Shown here piece after piece: positions 28,506 through 39,214 of a DNA stretch of 64,000 nt. The stretch's first letter is position 1; each line of letters opens with the position of its first letter. The translations under genes and the position numbers were made by a program. Source of the stretch: Octopus sinensis (lineage: Eukaryota); the NCBI RefSeq assembly GCF_006345805.1, contig NC_043004.1:31186001-31250000 (forward strand), given 5' to 3'. The notes below the pieces were generated by a model. The model had not been told where the DNA came from, ran no database searches, and saw only the letters and a list, made by a program, of their open reading frames with translations.

Positions 28506-28615
28506 TGGATTCGCTCAGTATTCAAGAATTTGTCATCTACGTAACAGAGTGCTCTCCCTTTGATTGTGAATACGATGTTTTCAGACTTCACTATTACATT
28601 CTTTTTTCCCAACAT
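28506..28615 (-). CDS. Candidate short alternative first coding exon (MLGKKNVIVKSENIVFTIKGRALCYVDDKFLNTERI)
   Basis: ATG at 28615 is open for 36 codons plus 2 nt to the donor CCA|GTAAGA (phase 2). It lies in a CpG-enriched stretch with a perfect CRE about 500 bp upstream. Confidence 0.38.
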
Positions 28616-29112
28616 AAAATACCGATTTTCTTTTCACATGGTACAGTAGTTTGTTATTTATGCAAGTAATATCATTTCTTACTATCAGTGAGATTTATGC
28701 TGCAGTTTAAGCTGCCAGTACGTGCGCGTGCGTGTGTGTATTGACGATTTTTTTTTTTTTTACAACAAAAGAAAAAGAAATTAGTTGTCCATTCTTTTTC
28801 CTTTAACTGCTATTTCTAAAACTAAAAGAATTAAAATCCCATGCAGTATCTGGCTATCAGCTATCATCTGGCTATTGCTGGGGTCAACTTTGCTTTTCAT
28901 TGCCGATAAATAATAGTCCAATACTAAGGTCCATTTTTTCCCTGCCCCCCTCCCGCTCTCTCTAGTTCAAAAGCCTAACCTTCTCACAATGTGTTGTACT
29001 GATTTAGCTGAGAACTTCACTAAAGATATACATGTCTATGGAATATCCAGCCACTTAGCAGGAACAGAGGGAATTCAATTGTTCCAGTAACCTGAATGCT
29101 AATCGTTGAGAC

Positions 29113-29120
29113 TGACGTCA
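29113..29120. promoter_or_regulatory. Perfect palindromic CRE (TGACGTCA)
   Basis: Exact consensus match, the only perfect one I noticed in the window. It lies upstream (minus-strand sense) of the 28.5-kb candidate exon. Confidence 0.4.
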
Positions 29121-29590
29121 CATATTCCCTATCGCCACAAACACATATATTAGATCAAATATTTATTTTTAGAACATATAATGTAACTGAGATCCCAGTA
29201 AGAGTACCAACCATAGACTGAAACTAATGAAAACAAAAACAATAGTCAATCAACCAATATGAGTTCAACACTCACTAATACACTCCAGGAGTCATTCATT
29301 CTACAGCTGTGATGTCACCTCCAGTCTGCCCTTTCTACCACTACTACAGTGGCTTCTGCTCTTCACAGCTGACTGGTGTCAAACCATCTCAAACATTCTT
29401 GACTCACCCATCTCTCCTCTCATCACCTATGTGGTATTCACTCTTGCCAGACCCCACACTTAGAATATAGTCAACCCTCATTCCCACGCACTAATCAATT
29501 CACCCATATCTTATTAACTATAATGTTGGCCCTCTGAAATTCCCTCCAGACATATGTTGTTCCTATTCACATTGACCAACAACGGTTTAA

Positions 29591-29810
29591 CCCTTTAGTG
29601 TTCAGATTACTCTGTTAAATGTAATACTTTTTCACTCAAATTGTTTTGAATTAATCATGCATTATGTTATATCTTTGAGGTTTCAATGAAGTGATTGTCT
29701 ATTTTTAGAATGTCAATGTAGGTTAGGTGTAAGAGGCTGGATATGGCCAGTTTGAATATAAAACATGTAGAATATCTGGGCCAGATATGGCCGGTTTAAA
29801 CACTAAAGGG
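29591..29810. mobile_element. piggyBac-like MITE
   Basis: TTAA duplication and perfect 12-bp TIR CCCTTTAGTGTT. A degenerate relative lies near 42850-43035. Confidence 0.75.
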
Positions 29811-29887
29811 TTAAGTCAAATGTCAATGATGTGTCATCAGTTTCAGAAGGTGAGTAAAAGCCAAGAGCACTGTCCTTTCCTCTTAAC

Positions 29888-30116
29888 CAGTGTTCTCAAC
29901 CAGGGTCCATATAAGGAAGTTAAAATTTATCTGCAATAATTTGGTTATATTAATACATCTACAACACACAAAATCTTTTAATAATCATTTTTACACAATT
30001 CCTAATATTATTTAATTATAAAAATAGAATAGGATTTTTTTTAACATCAGATGGGTCCATCTGAGTAAAATAGGAACCAAAGGGGTCCATAGGTAAAAAC
30101 TAGTTGAGAAATGCTG
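29888..30116. mobile_element. Possible hAT (Charlie-like) MITE
   Basis: Termini CAGTGTTCTCAAC / GTTGAGAAATGCTG. The 8-bp flanks do not match, so the target duplication is not verified. Confidence 0.45.
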
Positions 30117-30903
30117 ATCTAGATCTATTTAATAAATATACATCTTAAAACATATACATTTATTCTAAAAATTAACCACTTGACAAAATCCTCTTAGCAA
30201 AATCAACAACATTCTGAATGACAAATGCAGTTAGATTAACTTTACCAGAACTAAGATGAATTAAGAGAAGTCATTTCTTATAAATGAATTACATGACTCT
30301 TGGGTAAGAATTGAGTGTAGGCACTGAAAAGTAGCTAACAATATTTTTTGCATTATATATATATTACCTATTTGCAAATACATAAGGTACCATGGTAAAA
30401 TGCAACCAGTACACCATATATAACGGTTGATCCATCCACAGAAACCATATTAAAATAGAATACATAAGCAAGACATCATCCCATTGATCATTCAAGCAAG
30501 AAAGTAATGCTACATAAGGACCTGTCCAACTCACACCACATTGAAAATGGATGTAAAATAATCATGATGATAATAATACACACAAACATATATCTGTATA
30601 CACACATATTGGAGTGCAATTCAGTCCTACAGTTCATTATATCCTGTCACACTGTTTAAGCCATGCCAACTTGGAAGACAGCCATTAAATGATTACATAT
30701 ACACACACACATATAGGTGAAGTCAAGAGAATGTTCTCTTTTCATCACTTTAAGTTCAATCCCACAGCATGGCATCTTGGGCAAGAATCTTCTATTACAG
30801 CCCCTGGTCAAACAATGAGTAAACTTGTAAGATGTAATCAGTAGGACACCCATTGTATATATGTGCGCATTTAAATACATATACATTTCATCATCATCAT
30901 ATA

Positions 30904-30969
<66 letters not shown>

Positions 30970-30979
30970 TCATATGCAT

Positions 30980-31555
30980 CATCATTTAGTGTCTGCTTTC
31001 CATACAGGGATGACTTAGATGGTTTGACTGAAACTGGTAGGCTGGAGAGCTGCACCAGATTCCAATCTGATTTGGCATGGTTTCTTCAGCTGGATGCCCT
31101 TCCTAATGCCAATCACTCCCAGAGTGTAATAGGTGTGTTTTACATGCCAATTACATGATACTGCCATTGGCCACGACTACTACTCTTTCACTTGGCTTGA
31201 TGAGTTTTCTCAAGCATAGCATATGACCATAGGTTTCGGTCACTTATCATTGCCTCTGTGAGGCCACACATTCAAAGGGTGCTTTTTATATGCCACCGAC
31301 ATGGGTGCCTGTTATGTGACACCACCATCAGTCATGACTATGGTTTCACTTGGCTTGATGGGTCTTCTCAAGCTCAGCATATCACCGAAGGTCTCGGTCA
31401 CTTGTCATTGCATCCCTGAGGCCCAATGTTCGAAGTCACGTTTCACCACCTCATCCCATGTCTTCCTGAGTCTACCTCTTCCACGGGTTCCCTCCACAGT
31501 TAGAGATCAGCACTTTTTTACACTGCTGTCCTCGTCCATACTCATCACAATATAA
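30980..31555 (-). mobile_element. 3' fragment of the same RTE LINE family
   Basis: Minus strand encodes VMSMDEDSSVKK...TVEGTRGRGRLRKTWDEVV, followed by the 3'UTR units and tail. Confidence 0.85.
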
Positions 31556-33254
31556 CCAGACACTCAATAATTACAAAAAAATTTCTTACTTGAAAAACAG
31601 GTAAGGATAAGTGACAGGAAGAGTATCCATTCATGCAATCCTGACTTAAATAAGTCACTACCCAACCCATGGTAGCATGGAAAAAAATAATGGTATCTGA
31701 ATTTTTTAGGACTCTTTGCAAGTATTAAAATTCTCACCTAAAAGAAATGAGACTCTTCTTATACACACAACACTAATGAATCAAGGGCTAAACACTGTTA
31801 GTATCAGTGTATTTTGTGGAGCTGTTTATCATTGATATATGTTATTTATCTACAACATATATGAACACAGATCAAGCCTGTGCTGTTAGAGATAGAAAAA
31901 AAAAAGAGAGAACTGATTTTTTTTGAAAAACAATTTTCAGCTTTATTTGTAATATATATCATTGCACAGAGACCTTTGCCATGCTTGAGAAGATTCATCA
32001 AACCAAGTGAAAGCGTACATGGTTGTGGCCAATGATGGTGTTACATAACTGGCACATAAAATGCACCCACTACACTCTTGGAGTGGTTGGCATTAGGAAG
32101 GGCATCTGGCTTAAGAAACCATGCCGAAAATCTGCTTTCTTCAGTAGCAAATATAAAATCTTATTTCGAATAAATTCATCAATCTTTTTCTATTTAATTA
32201 TTTAGTATAATTTTTCCATACTGCATAGACAAGTGAAATATGTACATACATGTGTTTGATCAAGTAGATGTATAATATATACTTAGAATGATTGAGCACA
32301 AATGAATCGAGATTGCATTGAAGGTAGATGTATGTAGGAAAAATATTTGAACAAGTAAAGCAATTAGTTGATAAGCTGAGTACAAAAAAGGGTTTCAACT
32401 TGGTGGTCAGAGGTATATCTGATAGAGCAAAACTGAAGAAATCCTAAGAAACACATTGAGAGTTATATTTAGGTCTCACATCGGAGTTGACTTTGGATCA
32501 AGATACATCAGAAGATTCTGGGGTCCAAATGAGAGAGAGAGTGTGTGTATGTGTGTGTGCGCGCATGCCCAAATATATATGCACAATATTTCTTCCAAGT
32601 GACAATTCAATGATTTTAAATTATTACTGATTTATATATATATATATATTATATATATATATGCATGGATACATGCTCATCTGATTACATATCTGCATCA
32701 TCATAAAAATAATAAAATGGTAAAGTATCGTTTTCCAAAAAAAAATTAATTCATTCAAAGAATAGAACTTTTCAATCAACAAAATCGCTTTGTCATTATG
32801 AAGGAAAATCTATCATAAATCTTAATTCATTACCAAGTGACACAATGTGATTGCTCCCAATTCAAGCCACAGTATTAGAAAAGTGAAAAACAAATTACTT
32901 TTTGCTATCTATTACAAGCTGAAAATATATTATTTCATTAAGTACAAAGCCCAAAAGGAAATTATTTACATTCTGATCATTATGAAATTTTTATATAATC
33001 ATAAAAATATAACCAATTCAAATATATTTAAATTATAATTTAGGAAAAAAAATGTTATATATAAATGTATTCATGTAAATGTTGGTTTAGAACCGACAGC
33101 ATTTTTGCATGTCATAAGAGGAGCTGGTACCAAAGTGTAAAATGCCATCTCAAAAACAAACTTTATAATGAATATTATATAGTGCATAGGTGGGAATCCA
33201 CACACATTTTCATCAAAACTATGTGGAGAATCAGGTCAGAGCAAGAGAGGAATT

Positions 33255-33375
33255 CAGTGCATTTAGGATGACCAAATGCTGATGTAGAAATCAGGGAGAT
33301 TAGGGAAGTGGTAGAGACATTGACAGGAAGAAGAGTGAATGTTTGTCATATATAACTTAAATGGAGAGGGAAATG
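33255..33375 (+). mobile_element. Very decayed LINE endonuclease N-terminal fragment
   Basis: Reads ...REVVETLTGRRVNVCHI*LKWRG, resembling RTE apurinic-endonuclease N-termini. Confidence 0.4.
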
Positions 33376-34036
33376 AAGGTAAGGAGAAGATGTTGAGGAT
33401 AGGATGAAATGGAGAAGACTTATGGAGGCCTTCACATGGTTAACACCTATTTTAGCAGGGAAAATGGTCATAAAACATTTGCCGTATGCTGGAAGTCATT
33501 ATTGATAACATCACACAATGTTAAAATAAACACACATAAGTAAAAAGTAAAACAGATGTAACTCACAACATACATCTAACACTTCAATTTCAATACCCAG
33601 TGTAAACAACTAAACAAATCTGAGTGATAAAATCTACAAAAATCACATTTGCCTACCATAAAATGAGGCAGTTGCAAGTCAACATCACTATGACCTGATG
33701 GTGTACCGATGAGTCTATGAGGGATTTCGGAAATTTATTGCTCACGCAAGAGAGAGGACAAATGAAAACAAGTAGCACTCAACACACAGTTGACATCATA
33801 TTTGAGTAGTAGGTTGACTTAGCTGCTTGGACTTCTGATTGACCAAGGAACTAGTCATGCTTTGTCACATCCACAAAACTAAGTAACATGAGGAGCTAAG
33901 TCAACCTATTAATATTTATGTATATTTATGTAGTTATATTTATACATATATTTATGTATTTATTGGATCATCCCATAAATAATGGCTTTTTTTTTACACT
34001 ATTTTTATTTTTCAAAATTAAGATGAAGCTCTTTTT

Positions 34037-34722
34037 TAATCTAAAATATACTATCCTTCATTTCCAATGCTCTTCCATCTATCTGGTAGACTTGCCAGGC
34101 CCCTCTTCCAAAATTCACATGTCCGTAATGAAAAGTACTCCTCCAGTACTGTTTTGGCCTTGTCTACAGAATTCATATTTTTTCCATCCAAATGAGTTTG
34201 AAGACTGCAAAATAAATGATAATCAGATGTGAAAATGTCCAGCGAATATGGTGGGTGGGCATCGTTTCCTATTCAAACTGCTCCAGCCTTTGGAATGTCA
34301 TCCTCGTTGTATGTGGCCGAGCATTATCCTGATGGAAGAACACCTTTCGTCTTGAAACCAAAGATGGTCGTTTTTTTCTTCTAGCACTGACTTAAGCCAC
34401 TCAAGCTGTTCACAATAGATTTCCTTTGTTATTATTTGGTTTGGATTTAAAAGTTCAAAGTGGACTAAACTTTTCATATCCCACCAAACAGATAACAACA
34501 TCTTACGTGGGTGACAACCATCTATAGCCTGGGATGCCAGAGTTTCTCCTTCTCTATCCACTGTCTTTGAAGCTTGACAGTCTTATAGAGAACCCATTTC
34601 TCATCACCAGTCACTATTCGATCTAAAAAAGGTTCATTCATGAGACGTGACAGCAAAGAAGAGCACACATTCACTCTCTGTGTACAATTAGAATTGGAAA
34701 GTTTGTGAAGAACCCTTTCCAG
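34037..34722 (-). mobile_element. Mariner transposase fragment (catalytic half)
   Basis: FLDRIVTGDEKWVLY, HPRKMLLSVWWD and PHPPYSLDIFTSDYHLF...YILD*. Frameshifted. Confidence 0.9.
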
Positions 34723-36110
34723 ATTGGAATTTCTGGAACCAGCATTAACACTGGCTTACGCTTATAGTCCAATCCTCATATACTGCATTAATATTCCTCA
34801 CACTTTCCATTGCGTTGTTGCCTTTATTGAAATCATAAAGCAAAATATGCCAAATATGCTCCTTTGTCACTTCCATTATAGCCTTGAAAAATTAACTGTT
34901 AAAAATCGAACTGCACTCTACAAAACTTGCACTAAGAATAAAATTACTAAAGGTAAAATTACTACCTGCTTTTATATCAAGTTGATGCAGGTAGTTTATC
35001 CTGTCCCGCCTGACTTTCAGTTCATTCAATTGAAAAAACCGCATTATTTATGGGATGACTTAATATATATGTATATAAATGTGTGTTTGTAGCTTATATA
35101 CATATCACTAACAGTTGTCCCCTCCTCGACCTGCTTTGGAGTCCTGTGATACAAATCTTTTGTACACACACACCCCTAAGCTTCCCAGAACAAGTTGCAG
35201 GCTTACTGCTTTGCTGCACTGGTATTGTGTGTAGACTAATATATTTTTCAAATGGACCCCTCTACCTAAGACCCAAATATTTTGAACCCTTTTCATATCA
35301 AGCTGGAATTTGTGCTAGACCTACAAGTGTATAGAAAGTGTAACAATGGTTCCTTTTGATAGGATCCTATGGATAAGATACCTGGAAACTATCCCCATAA
35401 CCTCTCAGGAATAGTAGGCAGAGAAGAAGGATGGGGATGGCAATATACACACACATACATACATACATACAATCTATTTACACTTTGAACAGCATCCCTC
35501 ATCAAAGCCCAGTTCATATTCACCATAATAGTTTTTTTCCAGTTTACCTTTCCTCCACCCCACCAGTCTGACACTAATTTTTACTTTGCTAAGAATACAA
35601 TTATTCCTTTATTCATATCTGTTTACATGATTTACAAATCTCTTCATTTCTCTTCGACATCCTATATTTCACTTTTTTTTTTTTTTTTTTTTTTTGCAGT
35701 TTCAGTATTTATCAAAAGAAAAAAACATTAATCAATACGATATTGGCAGTGGAAGCTTTATCTCATATCCGAGAATTTATTTTCTTTTTTGTAGAATGCT
35801 TCCTTCATGGTGATGTCATTGATGACTGTAGACCAATTCTTGCATAGAACAGTTGATTGCACTGGTTGGTAGAGGACAATGTTGACTTTGTCATGTCATA
35901 TCACACTAACATTCAGAAAGAGAATACATATATAATACAAATCAGGAGAAAGCTATTCAGAGGAAGGTGTTTCCCTTACTAAGTGTATGTTTATAAACAT
36001 AAGCAGTGATTATATATATATATAAATATATAGAGAGAGAGAAAGAGAGAGTAGTAGTAGTAGTAACAGAAAGGAAGAATTTCGATTACCTCACATGGTG
36101 AGATGTAATG

Positions 36111-36466
36111 TATATAAGAAATTAAAAAGGGAAAATACGCATTCTTTACATAGTTTTAATATAATTTTTGATATATCGACCGGTTTCGCTATCGCAATTC
36201 ATGATATTATGTTTTACTCATTTGAATATGTATTTTCTTAAGAAGAAATTTTGTCCCTGTTGTGTGTGACGATATTTACGAGTGAATATTCACTTGTAAA
36301 TATCTTCACACACAACATGGACAAAATTTCTTCTTAAGAAAAAATACATATTCAAATAAGTAAAACAAAATATCATGAATTGCAATAGCGAAACCGGTCG
36401 ATATATCAAAAATTATATTAAAACTATGTAAAGAATGCATATTTTCCTTTTTTTAATTTCTAATAT
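36111..36466. repeat. ~355-bp spacerless palindrome (fold-back element)
   Basis: Centre AGTGAAT|ATTCACT at 36287/36288. Arms of about 177 bp match with only scattered, often CpG-type, mismatches. Confidence 0.92.
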
Positions 36467-36544
36467 ATATATATAAACATACAGGCATGGTGATGTAGAC
36501 AGGAAAAATAGGACTTAAAATATGAGTCTATGTATATTGTTATC

Positions 36545-36659
36545 AATATTTAATTGAAGCAACAGAGCGAATCAATGTCTGAAAGTTTCATGCATTGGCA
36601 CCAAGTGATGATGCATGAAACTTTCGGACCTTGAGTCATTCTGTTGCTTCTGCTAAATA

Positions 36660-36661
<2 letters not shown>
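36545..36661. repeat. ~117-nt imperfect hairpin (MITE-like or pri-miRNA-like)
   Basis: Perfect 15-bp stem (36581-36595/36611-36625), 11-bp stem (36556-36566/36640-36650) and terminal 8-bp stem. Loop is 15 nt. Confidence 0.8.
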
Positions 36662-36700
<39 letters not shown>

Positions 36701-36762
36701 CAGAGATGTACATGTACTTGCATAGCAAGTGACCTGATCTGAGATTGTGTGCCGGAACAAAA

Positions 36763-36960
36763 ACAATTGCAGCGTGGAAGGTGTTTATAAGCCATTTAAG
36801 AAACACAATTCCGTACTACATGGAATTTTGTCAGTGAACAGGTCACAGTCTCAAAGCAATGAAAATATTTTGGCAAACTAAATTTAAACGTTGAAGTGAA
36901 TCTAACGGTTTTTGTGTGTTTCTTAAATGGCTTATAAACACCTTCCATGTTGCAATTGTA
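36763..36960. mobile_element. Small element with ~44-bp inverted repeats enclosing a hammerhead-like motif
   Basis: CAATTGCAGCGTGGAAGGTGTTTATAAGCCATTTAAGAAACACA is mirrored near 36915-36959. Internal GTGAACA...GAAA motif at 36834-36864. Confidence 0.7.
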
Positions 36961-36962
36961 TG

Positions 36963-37005
<43 letters not shown>

Positions 37006-37339
37006 CAATAAAATTTTATATCTTGGACAGAGTTACCCAAGATATAAAATTTTGTTGCATTACTGCTCTAAATTTTTAGTGTGCTTCTTTCTGTTATATG
37101 TTATTTTTATTATATATATATACATATATATATACTAGCTTAAAAGCCACTCTATGAGGCTGCTGTTAAGCTAGCTCCTGAGGAGGGCTCTTCATTAGGC
37201 CTTGAGCCCAACAATGACACTTCATGCATTGAGTACATATTAAATTCTATTAAACTTCAACAATATTTTTCAAGCAATGAACAATTTGCATCAAAACAAT
37301 GACATAATCGTCAACTTGGAACTTATTGCAAAGCTGCAT

Positions 37340-37600
37340 GACAAACAACAGTACCACTAGCATCACCACCACATCTGCCCTATACACACCATGCAGACTT
37401 CTGATGCCACCACCATCAATACCTTTGACGTTGCCACCTTCCCCTCCACCACTATCACTACTGTCTTTCACATCGCTTACTTTCACTTCATCCCTCACTC
37501 TCTCGGCTACTACCACCACCACTACCATCATCACTGCCGCCTCTGCTTCTATCACAACTACAGCTCATACTATTACTATCACCTCCATTACCATCACAAA
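37340..37600. repeat. Degenerate (CAC/CAT/TAC)n low-complexity tract
   Basis: Directly visible. It explains the T-rich, H-rich and V-rich ORFs at 37250-37627. Confidence 0.8.
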
Positions 37601-38093
37601 AGGCTAAATGTGTGTGTTCATCAGTAAGTTACTTGTGGTCAGTCCCTCTTTCTCTCATACACCCACTTTGTCTCCCTTATTATTAAACCCACTACCACCA
37701 TCAACACTACTGTTTTTAATAAAACATCAACTTTCCCTAAATTTCTTTGTCTCTCTCTCTGTCTTTGCCACTGCCTTCTATTACTTTCACCCCCAACATG
37801 AGCAATAGGAGTGTTAATGAATAGTGAGAGAGGGGATCAAAGTGTGACACACTGACACACAGAAATTACTTTTCACATTTATTATATTAGATATAACATG
37901 CATACTCAACAATATTAAGTGAATATCAGACTTGGTGCATAAGTGCCGACATGATATTCTTACAGTGTATGCAGATAATAAAACTCAGCTAAGTGAAAAA
38001 ATCCACCCTTAGCTATTCAGACATGTACTTTATATTTAGAATTTTTTTGTCTATAATATTTACAAAGCATAGATTCCAGTATAGGTGAATAAA

Positions 38094-38767
38094 ATATAAT
38101 TGAGTAACAAAGAGGTACAGGTATCAATTCATTACAGCCGTTTCAAGCGATTCCTTTAATTGATTAATGAGAACATTACATCAATGCAAAGAAACCATTT
38201 CATCAGATGAATAAGTTCAGCTTCTTCCATCTTACTTCTAACTATCATCCCCTCCCCATTACTCACTCCATCATTACCACCCTATGCCTTGCCCATTTTG
38301 CAAAGATTAAGCCCACATATAGTCCCATCCCTTTTGATAATTTAGTAGGCTGGCCTGGTATTAAATGCTTCTCTCACCACTGACCAGTACACATAACTTA
38401 CTTAAGATAAAAATCTAGATCCTTCCTCTACTGTTAGAAGTTTAGATAACTGGGTAATTTAGGTCAATTATCTCCTCTCCCAACTATAAACTCTAATAAT
38501 CCCTAAATTTTTCTTTGTTCTGACTAAATATACACTATTCAGATAAGTTCAATCTGTCAACTGAATGGTAGCAGGATCAATATAAATATTTTTACTCCAG
38601 GAATTTATTAACTATGTAGAACAGACCTTTGTGTTTGAAGATCATGAATTCCTCTGACGAAAAAGGTTTCTTTGCAATGATTTAATGCTCTCATTAATCA
38701 ATTAAAGGAGTCATTAAAAATGGCCGTAATGAATTGACACATGTACCTCTTTCTTACTCAATTATAT
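38094..38767. mobile_element. Inverted-repeat element (~120-bp arms 38094-38212 and 38648-38767), each arm carrying a hammerhead motif; Penelope-like or retrozyme-like terminus
   Basis: The arms are reverse complements with about 14 differences over the 86-nt ribozyme part. The plus-strand copy has CTGACGA (38654-38660) but GAAAC has decayed to AAAAT. Confidence 0.6.
38127..38212 (-). ncRNA. Type I hammerhead-ribozyme motif with canonical core and minimal stem III
   Basis: Minus strand reads AUUCAU-CUGAUGA-[55-nt stem II hairpin]-GAAA-C-GGCU-GU-A-AUGAAU. It has a 6-bp stem I, intact CUGAUGA and GAAA boxes, and a GUA cleavage triplet. Confidence 0.72.
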
Positions 38768-39162
38768 GTATATATGTACGCATAGCTTCAAGATTTTAAT
38801 GATGTAATCAGAATATTTGGGCAAGATATGGTTAGTTTAAATGCTAAAGAGTAGAGGTTGCAAGTTCCTCGAAGATCTACAATGCACAGTCACAGATGAG
38901 GAGAAGGAATTAAGGAAAGAAATGTGTGACACAGAGAAAGTATTATTGTGTCACTTAGAGTAACCCCCACTCACTGCTTTTTTTTTTTTTTTGATGTGCT
39001 GAGGTTGAGTTACATGGTGGTTTAAAGATGAATAAACAATTGTGGAGGTTCAACATTGCACTCAACACACAAATACAAAACAATATACATGTCAACAAAC
39101 CAGACATCTATCAAGCGATTACCCACAATACCCATAAACACATTCAGGGAAAAATAAACCTC

Positions 39163-39214
<52 letters not shown>

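Noticed and set aside
30656-30985. IYIY/THTH/VCVC-rich ORFs here and at ~1640, 16827, 36550-37138, 39022, 49759 and 56892
   Set aside because: Translations of microsatellites.
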